From an uncultured Pseudomonadota bacterium (GTDB lineage: Bacteria; Pseudomonadota; Alphaproteobacteria; JACZXZ01), in NCBI GenBank assembly GCA_963749075.1, contig CAVVLJ010000017.1, forward strand, positions 224,001-288,000: a DNA stretch of 64,000 bases, in the 5' to 3' direction. Below the pieces are notes generated by a model. It did no database searches, had not been told where the DNA came from, and saw only the letters and a list, made by a program, of their open reading frames with translations. The position numbers were made by a program, and so were the translations under genes. Shown in pieces: positions 29,844-39,576 of the stretch (position 1 is its first letter; each line of letters begins with the position of its first letter).

Positions 29844-30782
29844 CTAGACCTGGAAATCGAGGCGGAGGAAGCGGTAGAGCTCCGGACGCTCCGGCCAATC
29901 GGCCGCCGCCTTGACGTGCAGCATCAGGTGGACGCGGCGGCCGACGAGGCTCTCGAGCTCGCGGCGCGCCGCGGCGCCGATCGACTTGATGCGAGCACCA
30001 CCCTTGCCTAACACGATGCCGCGCTGGCCCTCGCGCTCCACGTAGATGATGGCGCCGACCTTGGCGCTGCCGTCGGCGAACTCCTCCCAGCTCTCGATGT
30101 CGACGGCGCTCGCATAGGGCAGCTCCTGGTGGAGCTGGAGGAAGACCTGCTCGCGCACGAGCTCGGCTGCAAGCAGGCGCAGCGGCAGGTCGGAGAGCTG
30201 GTCCTCGTCATAGAGCCAGGGACCCGCCGGCACGCGCGCCGCGAGGAAGGCGCGCAAATCCTGAACGCCGTCGCCGCTGAGCGCCGAGATCATGAAGCTC
30301 TCGCGAAAGATGCCGGAGCGGTTGAGCTCGTCAGCCAAGGCCAGGAGCGAGGGCTTCTTCACCCGGTCGATCTTGTTGAGCACGAGCACGGCCGAGAGGC
30401 CGGCCGCCTTGAGCCCGTCCACGATGCGCCGCGTCTCGTGGTCGTAGCCGCGCGCCGCGTCGACGACGAGGCAGGCGATGTCGGCGTCGCGGGCACCCTG
30501 CCAGGCGGCCGCGACCATGGCACGGTCGAGGCGGCGGCGCGGTTGAAAGATGCCGGGCGTGTCGACGAGCACGAGCTGCACGGCACCGGCCATCGCGATG
30601 CCGATGATGCGCGTGCGCGTGGTCTGCACCTTGGGCGTCACGATCGACACCTTGGCGCCGACGAGCGCGTTGGTGAGCGTCGACTTGCCGGCATTGGGGG
30701 CGCCGAGGATGGCGACGAAGCCGCAGCGCCGCTCCGGCGCGGCTGCGGCACCCCCTTGGGCGCCCTGCAGCGCCTCAGCCAT
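29844..30782 (-). CDS. era: GTPase Era
   Basis: GAPNAGKS, QTTR, DTPG, NKID, ISAL, ELPY, KH domain GKGG. Confidence 0.97.
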   Translation of the reverse strand: MAEALQGAQGGAAAAPERRCGFVAILGAPNAGKSTLTNALVGAKVSIVTPKVQTTRTRIIGIAMAGAVQLVLVDTPGIFQPRRRLDRAMVAAAWQGARDADIACLVVDAARGYDHETRRIVDGLKAAGLSAVLVLNKIDRVKKPSLLALADELNRSGIFRESFMISALSGDGVQDLRAFLAARVPAGPWLYDEDQLSDLPLRLLAAELVREQVFLQLHQELPYASAVDIESWEEFADGSAKVGAIIYVEREGQRGIVLGKGGARIKSIGAAARRELESLVGRRVHLMLHVKAAADWPERPELYRFLRLDFQV

Positions 30783-31485
30783 CGTCCTTGCCCGAGACGC
30801 TGGCAAGGAGGAGGCGCGCGGCGGCCGCCTGCTCGGCCGCCCGCTTGGAGCGCCCGCGCGCCTCGGCCGGCGGCAGGCCCTCGACCGAGACGGCGATCGT
30901 GAACATGGGCGCGTGCGACGGCCCCTCGACGGACACGGTGTGGTAGGCCGGGAGCGGCAGCTTCTGCCCCTGCGCCCATTCCTGGAGTGCGGTCTTGGCG
31001 TCGCGCGGCGGGGTCTCGTCCTCCTCGATGAGGGGCGTCCAGTAGCGCTCGATGAAGGGGCGCGACGCCTCGATGCCGCCGTCGAGGTAGAGTGCCGCGA
31101 TCACCGCCTCGCAGGCGTCGGCGAGGAGCGTCGGGCTCTTGCGGCTGCCGGCCTCCGCCTCGCCCTTCGAGAGCCTGAGATGCTCGCCGAGCGCTATGCT
31201 GCGGGCGACGCGCACGAGGGAGTCGCGGCGCACCAGTGCGGTGTGGCGGCGCGTGAGCTCGCCCTCCTGCTCGCGCGGGAAGCGGTGGACGAGGAACTCG
31301 GCGACGAGCAGGCCGAGCACGCGGTCGCCGAGGAACTCGAGCCGCTCGTAGCCCTCCGGCACCTTGCCGCGCGCCTTGACGGCGCTCCGGTGGGTGAGCG
31401 CCTGGTCGAGCAGCTCTGGTCGCTCGAACTTGTGACCGAGTGCCTCCTCGAGCGCCTTGAGCTTGGCGGCCCGGCTCTCGGCCAC
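30775..31485 (-). CDS. rnc: Ribonuclease III
   Basis: ALTHRS, ERLEFLGD, DAKTALQEW and dsRBD. GTG start at 31485. Confidence 0.97.
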   Translation of the reverse strand: MAESRAAKLKALEEALGHKFERPELLDQALTHRSAVKARGKVPEGYERLEFLGDRVLGLLVAEFLVHRFPREQEGELTRRHTALVRRDSLVRVARSIALGEHLRLSKGEAEAGSRKSPTLLADACEAVIAALYLDGGIEASRPFIERYWTPLIEEDETPPRDAKTALQEWAQGQKLPLPAYHTVSVEGPSHAPMFTIAVSVEGLPPAEARGRSKRAAEQAAAARLLLASVSGKDDG

Positions 31486-31487
31486 GT

Positions 31488-32252
31488 CTAGCGGATCGCG
31501 GTGAAGAGCCGTGAGTAGCGCACGGCGTACGGCCACTTCCACACTTGCCACAGCGCTGCCGTGCCGTCGGTGGAGAAGAAGAGGAACTCGGCGCGGCCGA
31601 CCAGATTCTCCGCTGGCACGTAGCCGACCTGGGTGGTGCGGCTGTCGAGGGAGTTGTCGCGGTTGTCGCCCATCATGAAGTAATCGCCGGGCGGCACCAC
31701 ATAGACGCCCGTATTGTTGAGCGGGCCTTCGTCGGTGAGCTTGAGGATGGGATGGCTGACGCCGCCGGGCAGCGTCTCGATGTACTCGGGCGTGCGCATC
31801 TCGCTGCCGCCCTCGTCGTCCATGTAGTCCGCGGCGCGCGTCAGCTTGACCGGCTGGCCGTTGATGTTGAGCACGCCGTGGATGACCTGGATGTGGTCGC
31901 CCGGCAGCCCGATCACGCGCTTGATGTAATCGACCTTGGGGTCGCGCGGCAGCTTGAACACCGCCACATCGCCGCGCTTGGGCGATGTGAACAAGATGCG
32001 GCCCGAGAAGAGCGGCAGGCCCAGGGGCAGCGAGTAGCGGCTGTAGCCGTAGGACCACTTGGAGACGAAGAGATAGTCGCCGATCAAGAGCGTCGGGATC
32101 ATCGAGCCCGAGGGGATGTTGAAGGGCTCATAGGCGACCGTACGGATCACGATCGCGATCAACACGGCGTAAACCACCGTCTTGACCGTTTCCCAAAGCG
32201 AACCGGCTTTCTTCCTGGTCATGAATTTTGGTCTGTAACTCTCTGACATCAT
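31488..32252 (-). CDS. lepB: Signal peptidase I
   Basis: IPSGSM.PTL, DYIKRVIGLPGD, MGDNRDNS.DSR. Confidence 0.97.
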   Translation of the reverse strand: MMSESYRPKFMTRKKAGSLWETVKTVVYAVLIAIVIRTVAYEPFNIPSGSMIPTLLIGDYLFVSKWSYGYSRYSLPLGLPLFSGRILFTSPKRGDVAVFKLPRDPKVDYIKRVIGLPGDHIQVIHGVLNINGQPVKLTRAADYMDDEGGSEMRTPEYIETLPGGVSHPILKLTDEGPLNNTGVYVVPPGDYFMMGDNRDNSLDSRTTQVGYVPAENLVGRAEFLFFSTDGTAALWQVWKWPYAVRYSRLFTAIR

Positions 32253-32421
32253 TCAACTCTCATCCGAGCCGCACGGGCCATTGCGGATGGATCAAGCCAG
32301 CCGGAGGCGGCTCTGTCAAGCGACTTCCCCGGCGGCACCTTCTGCGCAGAGGGCCCGCCGGAATCGCTTTCCACGCGACCGAGTCGCGCGCTACAAAGCG
32401 AGACACCACAAGGCAGCGCCG

Positions 32422-33603
32422 ATGCCACTCCCCTGCCGCGGCCTCCGCGTCCTCGAGTTCAGCCATACCATCATGGGGCCGTGCGCCGGGATGACGCTGG
32501 CCGACCTCGGCGCCGACGTGGTCAAGATCGAGGCGGCGCCCGACGGCGACGCCACGCGGCGGCTGCCCGGCTTCGCCGGCGGCTTCTTCTCCTTCTTCAA
32601 CCGCAACAAGCGCAGTCTCGCGGTCGACCTCAAGCACCCCTTGGGCCATGCCCTGGTGCGGCGCCTTGCCGCAAGCGCCGACGTGGTGATCGAGAACTAC
32701 GCCCCCGGTACCATGGAGCGCCTCGGAGTCGGCTGGGAGGAGCTCAAGGAGGCCAACCCGCGGCTCGTCTATCTCTCCCTCAAGGGCTTCCTCTCCGGCC
32801 CCTACGAGAGCCGCCCGGCGCTCGACGAGGTGGTGCAGTTCATGTCCGGGCTCGCCTACATGACCGGGCCGCCGGGGCAGCCCTTGCGCGCCGGCGCCTC
32901 GATCGTCGACATCCTCGGCGGCAGCTACGGCGTCATCGGCGTGCTGGCGGCCTTGCGCGAGCGCGACTCGAGCGGCCGCGGACAGCTCGTCAAGGCGGCA
33001 CTCTTCGAGAGCGCCGTGCTCCTCATGGGGCAGCACATGGCGGGCAGCGCCCTGGTGGGCCAGCCCATGCCGCCCATGCCGGCGCGGCGCGGCGCCTGGG
33101 CGATCTACGAGCCCTTCGCCACCGCCGGCGGCGAGCAGATCTTCCTCGCCGTCACCAGCGACAACCATTGGCGGCGCTTCTGCGCGGCCTTCGCCCGCGG
33201 CGATCTCCTGGCCGACCCGCGCTTGGCTTCGAACGCCGCCCGCGTGGAGGCGCGCGCGTGGCTGCTGCCGCTCGTTGCCGCGATGGTGAAGCCCTTCGCC
33301 AAGGAGCGGCTCGTCGAGATCCTCGAGGAGAACGCCATCCCCTGGGCGCCCGTCGCGCGGCCGGAGGATCTCTTCGCGGACCCGCACCTCAACAGCGGCG
33401 GCAAGCTCGCGGAGGTCGAGCTCGCCAACGGCGTCCGCGTCAAGCTTCCTCTGCTGCCGCTCGAGCTCGACGGCGCCGTGCCCGGCTTGAGAAGGCAGGC
33501 GCCGCGCCTGGGCGAGCATACGTCGGAGCTTCTTGCCGAGGCGCATCTCAGCGCCGCCGAAATCCGCGAGCTTGCCCGCCAGGCCGTCGTCGTGCTCGGC
33601 TGA
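32422..33603 (+). CDS. CaiB/BaiF class III CoA-transferase
   Basis: LADLGADVVKIE, NRNKRS, DVVIENY, RPALD, APRLGEHT. Confidence 0.93.
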   Translation: MPLPCRGLRVLEFSHTIMGPCAGMTLADLGADVVKIEAAPDGDATRRLPGFAGGFFSFFNRNKRSLAVDLKHPLGHALVRRLAASADVVIENYAPGTMERLGVGWEELKEANPRLVYLSLKGFLSGPYESRPALDEVVQFMSGLAYMTGPPGQPLRAGASIVDILGGSYGVIGVLAALRERDSSGRGQLVKAALFESAVLLMGQHMAGSALVGQPMPPMPARRGAWAIYEPFATAGGEQIFLAVTSDNHWRRFCAAFARGDLLADPRLASNAARVEARAWLLPLVAAMVKPFAKERLVEILEENAIPWAPVARPEDLFADPHLNSGGKLAEVELANGVRVKLPLLPLELDGAVPGLRRQAPRLGEHTSELLAEAHLSAAEIRELARQAVVVLG

Positions 33604-33623
33604 GGCGGCACAGCCGCGCTGCG

Positions 33624-34142
33624 CTAGCCGCCGGGACTGCCCTCTGCGCGAGGCCGGCGCGGCGGCGGTGCGGCGAGAACGTCGTTCCAGCAGCGCTCGA
33701 GCGTGCGCATCACATCCGCGGCATCGCCCAGCATGGTCGAGGTCATGCGGCTCCCCAGCGCCGCGGCATGGTCGCTGCAAAGCGCATCGATCGCCTTGTA
33801 GAGGGCCACCCCCTTGTCGGTGAGGCGCACGCGCACGGCCCGCCGGTCGTGCTGCGAGCGCTCCTGGGAAATATAGCCGGAGCCGGCGAGCTTCTTGAGA
33901 TTGTAGGTGATGTTGGTGCCGAGATAGTAGCCGCGCTGCGTGAGGTCGCCGACGCTGTACTCGTCCGGGCCGATGTTGAAGACGATGAGCGCCTGCACGT
34001 TGTTCACGTCGCGCACCGCCATGCGGTCGAGCTCCGCCTTGACGACGTCGAGGAGCCGGCGGTGCAGCCGCTCGAAGAGATTGACGATCTGCAGGTAGGT
34101 CAGCTTCTCGGATTGGCTCGCGCTCGGCTCGGAGGTCGTCAT
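33624..34142 (-). CDS. MarR-family transcriptional regulator (LdtR-like)
   Basis: ERLHRRLLDVVK.E, RGYYLG.N..YNLKKL, DRRAVRVRLT.KG. Confidence 0.88.
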   Translation of the reverse strand: MTTSEPSASQSEKLTYLQIVNLFERLHRRLLDVVKAELDRMAVRDVNNVQALIVFNIGPDEYSVGDLTQRGYYLGTNITYNLKKLAGSGYISQERSQHDRRAVRVRLTDKGVALYKAIDALCSDHAAALGSRMTSTMLGDAADVMRTLERCWNDVLAAPPPRRPRAEGSPGG

Positions 34143-34215
34143 GGGCTCTCCTCGGGGCTCTCCTCAAGATCGACTCGGCTGCCGGCCGCATCCCCGCGCC
34201 GCGGCAGCATCCGCG

Positions 34216-34722
34216 TCACTCCTGGACCTGCAACGCCCGCTGCTCGCTGGTCTGCTTGACCTTGCGCAGACGCTGCTGGCTTTCCTCCGCGAGATGGAGG
34301 GCGGCCTTCAGCCGCTCGATGATGGCGTTCTCGTGCAGCTCCTCGGCCTGGTTCAAGGCGAGGAGTATCTTGTCGCTGAGCCGCCGGTTGAGCTCGGGCA
34401 CCTCGGCGGCCTGGACCTCGTAGCCGACCTTGTATTGCGCCCTGATCTCGACTCCGGTGCCGTCCAGCTTCTTGCGCAGCGAGTAGATCGCGACGCGAAT
34501 GGAGGTTGCCGCCGTCTCCGGCTCGCGCTGACCGTAGACCGATTGGATGAGCGACTCGAGCGAGGTGGTGCGGCCGCGATTGTTCAACAGCACCCGGAGA
34601 ATGTCCGCTTCATGCGGGGTCAAATGAATGATCCGACCGCGGTAAAAGATGACATTGCGAATATAATCGAACTCGAAATTCTTGTGGTCGGCTTTCTCGA
34701 TTAATTTTTGCCGGCGTCCCAT
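34216..34722 (-). CDS. OmpR/PhoB-type winged-helix DNA-binding protein without a receiver domain
   Basis: LTPHEADILRVL, IRVAIYSLRKKL, VGY; C-terminal helical tail. Confidence 0.8.
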   Translation of the reverse strand: MGRRQKLIEKADHKNFEFDYIRNVIFYRGRIIHLTPHEADILRVLLNNRGRTTSLESLIQSVYGQREPETAATSIRVAIYSLRKKLDGTGVEIRAQYKVGYEVQAAEVPELNRRLSDKILLALNQAEELHENAIIERLKAALHLAEESQQRLRKVKQTSEQRALQVQE

Positions 34723-35218
34723 AGCATCCACCCAAGCGACGGAGTGCCGCCAAAGCCCTGCGGCCGGATACGCAACAATTGTACCAATCGCAATGATGCC
34801 TCGCCAATGGTTTATGGTCCCGCCGGCCGCGCGGCGCTTCTTCACCGCCGGAAGCTCCATGAATTCGCTGCTGTCGCGGTGCCTGAGGCCGCAGTTTCAC
34901 GCATCGGGCGAGCGCGGCGGTGCAGGCGGAGGAGGTGGCGGTTGTTGTCACAACCGCGCTCTCGGCCTCGCGTCCGGGTCGGAGCGCAAAAGGGCCGCCG
35001 TCGACCCAAACTTGCCCACTACTTCGGCTCGATGTCAAAAAGTGCCGGCAACCGCCTCGAGGAATTAGCGAACAGCCGTTCCGTCCTGGCCTATTCATAA
35101 CATTTTCTTTAGATTCACGGCGTAGCCTGACTGTTCTGTGGCTCGACGAGTCGCGCCGGGGCGCGGCCATCGCGTCGAGGTGAGGGGGAGATGTCCGTTA
35201 CTCGCGCAAGACGGCCAC

Positions 35219-35458
35219 ATGACTGAGGGAGTGGCACCTCTGCCTGCCGGCCGCAGCACCTTGCGATGGCTCACGCGGCGCCGAGGCGGCGCCAAGGCGC
35301 CGGAGGCGTCCGGCGAGCTGCGGCAAGGCAAGGGCGACGAGGCGGAACGCGAGCCGTCGCCGGCGCTCTGGTTCCTCCTCGATCTCGTCGGCATCGCCAT
35401 CTGCGCCTACGTGGTCTGGGAGGGCGCGGAGCTGCTGATCGCCACCGTCGGCCGTTGA
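35219..35458 (+). CDS. Small hypothetical membrane protein
   Basis: One C-terminal TM helix and GC-biased codons. Start uncertain. Confidence 0.5.
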   Translation: MTEGVAPLPAGRSTLRWLTRRRGGAKAPEASGELRQGKGDEAEREPSPALWFLLDLVGIAICAYVVWEGAELLIATVGR

Positions 35459-35699
35459 CGACTGGCAAATAGCCGCCCATTCTGCGGCGGCGCTCCTGCC
35501 CCGCGATGCCCCCGGAGAGCTGTCCACAAACGATCGTCTCAGCGCCCTCTTCGCTCGGGCGGTTGCGAGCGCGCGGCTTAGAGCGCGCGGCCTACCGCCA
35601 GAGCGATTGCGCGGCGCCAGCGGCCGGGGTTGAATGGCGGGCGGCCGCGGCGCCGGCGGCCGTCGGGGAACCGCGGGCCATCGAGATACCGGGAGCGCC

Positions 35700-37316
35700 A
35701 TGAGGCTCATCAAGCGGAGTGCCAGGTCGAGCCCGAAGCTGAGCCTCGTGCTCGTCGACTGGAGCGTGCGCGAGAGCTTCCACCTGCTCCATTACCTGGC
35801 GCGCCAGGACGTCCCGCGCGAGCTCTTCGAAGTCATCGTCGTCGAGTACTACGACCGGCGCTCGGACGCGGTCGCGGCGCACGAGGAGCAGGTCGACGCC
35901 TGGCTGCTGCTCGAGATGCCGGCCTCGACCTATTACCACAAGCACCTGATGTACAACGCCGGCCTCCTGCTCGCAAAGGGCGACATCGTCGTGGTCGGCG
36001 ATTCCGACGCGATGGTCCGCGAAAGCTTCATCCGCTCGATCCTCGAGCGCTTCGCCGCCGAGCCCGGCATCGTGCTCCACCTCGATCAGTACCGCAACGA
36101 CCGCAAGGACCTCTATCCGTTCCGCTACCCCTCCTTCGAGGACGTGACCGGTCCCGGCTGCATCAATGACGGCGGCGGACGCACGATGGGTCTCGCCGAC
36201 CGCCGCGACCCGCTCCATTCGCGCAACTACGGCGCCTGCATGTGCGCGCGGCGCGACGACCTCATCGCCATCGGGGGCGCCGACCAGCACATCGACTACC
36301 TCGGCCACATCTGCGGGCCTTACGAGATGACCTTCCGGCTCCTCAACATGGGGCGGCGCGAGGTATGGCATGCGAGCGAGTTCATGTATCACAGCTGGCA
36401 TCCGGGCGCCTACGGAGCGGACAACTATCTCGGACCCCACGACGGACGGCACATGTCGTCGACGGCGCTCGAGGCGCTTGCCAGCGGGCGCGTGCTGCCG
36501 CTCGTCGAGAACGCGGCGATTCGCGCCCTACGCTGCCGCGAGCCGCTCGACGAGGCAGCACTCGGCAGCCGCCTGATCGCTCCCGAGGATGCGCGCGACT
36601 GGCAGCGCGACGCCATCCGCAGAGCGAGCCGCGAGGAGCGCTTTCGGCTGCTGCGCTACGCCCGGATGCCCTGCCGCTACAGGGGCTTCCGCCTCGAGCG
36701 CGCGGCCGCCGGCTTCACGGCGCTGCCGCTCCTCGACGGCGCTGCAGCGGCAGGGCCCCGCGGCGAGGCGAGCGGGAGCGGCTCGCTCGCGGACCTGCTC
36801 GACAAGCTCGATCGCCGCGCGGCGCCGGCCGACCGCCTGGCGGCGGCGCTGGGCGGGCCGCTCTTCGTCGCCCACCGGCTGGTCGGGCGGCTGGTGCGCC
36901 GCGGATCGCGCGGCGGGCGGAGCGGCGGCGGGCGCGCCGCGCCGAGGGCGCCCTTCCTCGCGCGCTGGCTGAGACGCCTCCGCTTTCTCGCGCGCGAGAC
37001 CCGGACCTATGTCGCTGAGCTCGCGGGCTTGGGCGAGGCCTTGGCCCTGCTGCCGCGCGGCAGGAGCACCGGAGAGCTGCTCGTCGTGGTCGGCGGCAGG
37101 GTGGATGCCCGCTATCTGCAGCTGCTTGCGCGCCTGGCGCTCCTTCCTCGCCTCGACATCCGCCATGCGGCGGATCTCGATGAGCTCGAGAGTCTCCTCG
37201 CGGCACTGGCCGAGCGGGGCTGGGGCGGCAAGCTGGTCGCTCCGCGCGCACTCTATGCGCGGTTCCATGCGGCGTTTGCGCAGCGGCGCCCGGCGCTCGA
37301 GATCGTCGTCGCGTGA
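35700..37316 (+). CDS. Glycosyltransferase family 2-like protein with C-terminal extension
   Basis: KLSLVLVD, FEVIVVE, YNAG..AKGDIVVVGDSD (DxD), IGGAD, YHSWH. Confidence 0.8.
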   Translation: MRLIKRSARSSPKLSLVLVDWSVRESFHLLHYLARQDVPRELFEVIVVEYYDRRSDAVAAHEEQVDAWLLLEMPASTYYHKHLMYNAGLLLAKGDIVVVGDSDAMVRESFIRSILERFAAEPGIVLHLDQYRNDRKDLYPFRYPSFEDVTGPGCINDGGGRTMGLADRRDPLHSRNYGACMCARRDDLIAIGGADQHIDYLGHICGPYEMTFRLLNMGRREVWHASEFMYHSWHPGAYGADNYLGPHDGRHMSSTALEALASGRVLPLVENAAIRALRCREPLDEAALGSRLIAPEDARDWQRDAIRRASREERFRLLRYARMPCRYRGFRLERAAAGFTALPLLDGAAAAGPRGEASGSGSLADLLDKLDRRAAPADRLAAALGGPLFVAHRLVGRLVRRGSRGGRSGGGRAAPRAPFLARWLRRLRFLARETRTYVAELAGLGEALALLPRGRSTGELLVVVGGRVDARYLQLLARLALLPRLDIRHAADLDELESLLAALAERGWGGKLVAPRALYARFHAAFAQRRPALEIVVA

Positions 37317-37469
37317 GGCGGCGCAAAATCCGGCTTGGCGAGACCGCGGCACTCGTTCAGAATCCGCCCGAGCCGGGTTCCGGGGTCGGGCGCGCAGACG
37401 CCCTCCGGCTCCCGATCGTCGCCGACGAGCTTCGAGAAACGTAAGATCAACCTTCGCGGATCAAGGTCC

Positions 37470-38468
37470 ATGGGCCGGACGAGGCGGCATTCGACAGATT
37501 CCGCTGCGACTGCCCCGCCGGCGCCCGAGGCGCTCGAGCGGATTTACCGCTCCTTGCGGCTCATCCGCCGAATGGAGGAGGAGATCGCGCGCATCTATCC
37601 CTCGGACAAGATCAAGAGCCCGGTCCATCTCTCGATCGGGCAGGAGGCGGTGGCGGTCGGCGTGTGCGACGCCCTTAAGCCCGACGACGTGGTTGCCCCC
37701 ACCTACCGCGGCCACGCGGCCTTTCTCGCCAAGGGGGGCTCACCCAAGGCGATGCTGGCGGAGCTCTACGGCAAGGCGGCGGGCGTCGCCGAGGGCAAGG
37801 GCGGCTCGATGCATCTCGTCGACATGAGCCACGGCGTGCTCGGCGCCTCGGCCGTGGTCGGCACCACGATCCCGGTCGCCGCCGGCTATGCGCTGGCGCT
37901 CAAGCGCGCCGGCGGCGGGCGGGTGGTCGCCGCCTTCATCGGCGATGGCGCCACGGAGGAGGGCGTCTTCGCCGAGACGCTCAATTTCGCGGCGCTGCAC
38001 AAGCTCCCGCTCCTCTTCGTCTGCGAGAACAACGGCCTGGCGATCCACACGCGGCTCGGCAAGCGCTGGGCCACGGAGCGCCTCTGCGAGCGGGTCGCGG
38101 CCTACGGCATCCCGGCCGAGCGTATCGCGGACGGCGACGTGCTCGCGATCCGTGCGGCCACCGCATCGGCAGTGACGGCCATGCGCGAGGGCGGCTCCGG
38201 ACCTCGCTTCCTCGAGTGCGTCACCTACCGCTGGCGCGAGCACGTGGGTCCCGGCGAGGACTATGACGCCGGCTATCGCAGCCGCAGCGAGCTCGAGCCG
38301 TGGCTCGAGTCCGATCCCGTGGCGCTGCTCGCCGGCCTCGTGAAGCCCGCGCGGCGGCGCGTGATCGATGCCGCGGTCGAAGAGGAGATCGCGGAGGCGG
38401 CCGCCTTCGCGGAGGCTAGTCCCTTCCCGGCACCCGAGGCGCTTTACACCCATGTCTTCGCCGAATAG
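37470..38468 (+). CDS. TPP-dependent dehydrogenase E1 alpha-like subunit
   Basis: HLSIGQEA, GKGGSMH, GDGA..ENN TPP motif, YRWREHVG. Confidence 0.93.
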   Translation: MGRTRRHSTDSAATAPPAPEALERIYRSLRLIRRMEEEIARIYPSDKIKSPVHLSIGQEAVAVGVCDALKPDDVVAPTYRGHAAFLAKGGSPKAMLAELYGKAAGVAEGKGGSMHLVDMSHGVLGASAVVGTTIPVAAGYALALKRAGGGRVVAAFIGDGATEEGVFAETLNFAALHKLPLLFVCENNGLAIHTRLGKRWATERLCERVAAYGIPAERIADGDVLAIRAATASAVTAMREGGSGPRFLECVTYRWREHVGPGEDYDAGYRSRSELEPWLESDPVALLAGLVKPARRRVIDAAVEEEIAEAAAFAEASPFPAPEALYTHVFAE

Positions 38469-38478
38469 CGCGCCGCGC

Positions 38479-39522
38479 ATGCTCTCCTACGTGGAGGCGC
38501 TGCGCGAGGCGGCGGCCCAAGAGATGCGGCGCGATCCGGCCGTCTTCGTGATGGGGCTCGACGTAGCCGACCACAAGGCGATCCAGGGCACCACGCGCGG
38601 CCTCGTCGACGAGTTCGGGCCGGAGCGCGTGCTGGCGACGCCGCTCTCGGAGGATGCCATGACCGGCGTGGCGATCGGCGCCGCCATGGCGGGCTTGCGC
38701 CCTATCCATGTCCATATCCGCATGGATTTCCTCATGCTGTGCATGAACCAGCTCATCAACCTCGCCGCCAAGAGCCATTACATGTATGGCGGCCAGCTCC
38801 GCGTGCCGCTCGTCGTGCGCAGCATCATCGGCCGCTCCTGGGGCCAGGGGCCGCAGCACTCGCAAGGGCTCCACGCCATGTTCATGCACGTGCCGGGCCT
38901 CAAGGTGGTGGCCCCTTCCAACGCGCACGACGCCAAGGGCTGCCTCGCCGCCGCCATCCGCGACGACAATCCGGTGATCTTCGTCGAGCACCGCCTGCTC
39001 TATGCCAGCAAGTCCCCGGTGCCGCGCGAGCCCTACGTCGTGCCCCTCGGCAAGGCGCGCATCGTAGCCGAGGGCCGCCACGTCACCATCGTCGGCATCT
39101 CGCAGATGCTGCCCGAGGCGCTCAAGGCGCGCGCCCTTCTCCTCGAGCGCGGCATCGAGGCCGAGGTCATCGACCCGATCTCGCTGGTGCCGCTCGACAT
39201 CGACACCATCGCCCGCTCGGCGCGCCGCACCGGCCGGCTCCTCGTCGTCGACAGCGCCTGGACGAGCTGCGGGGCGAGCGCCGAGATCGTGGCGCGGGTC
39301 GCCGAGGAGAGCGCCGAGGGTGCTGCGGTGCGCGTGCGCCGGCTCGGCTTCGCCCCCACGCCCTGCCCGACCACGCCCGTGCTCGAGCGCGCGTTCTATC
39401 CCGATCCCGCCAAGATCGCCCAGGCGGCCTATGCCATGGTGCGGCCCGCGGCCGGCGCCTGGCAGCCCGACCCGGCGGCAGCAGTGCTCGCCGGCGAGGT
39501 CGAGTTCCGCGGCCCCTTCTGA
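38479..39522 (+). CDS. TPP-dependent dehydrogenase E1 beta-like subunit
   Basis: TPLSE, QHSQ, PGLKVV.P, NPVIFVEH. Alternative start at 38452. Confidence 0.93.
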   Translation: MLSYVEALREAAAQEMRRDPAVFVMGLDVADHKAIQGTTRGLVDEFGPERVLATPLSEDAMTGVAIGAAMAGLRPIHVHIRMDFLMLCMNQLINLAAKSHYMYGGQLRVPLVVRSIIGRSWGQGPQHSQGLHAMFMHVPGLKVVAPSNAHDAKGCLAAAIRDDNPVIFVEHRLLYASKSPVPREPYVVPLGKARIVAEGRHVTIVGISQMLPEALKARALLLERGIEAEVIDPISLVPLDIDTIARSARRTGRLLVVDSAWTSCGASAEIVARVAEESAEGAAVRVRRLGFAPTPCPTTPVLERAFYPDPAKIAQAAYAMVRPAAGAWQPDPAAAVLAGEVEFRGPF

Positions 39523-39576
39523 GAGCGGCGCCGACCCCGTCCCACGCGAGGAGCCAGTCCCACCTGAGGAGATGGC

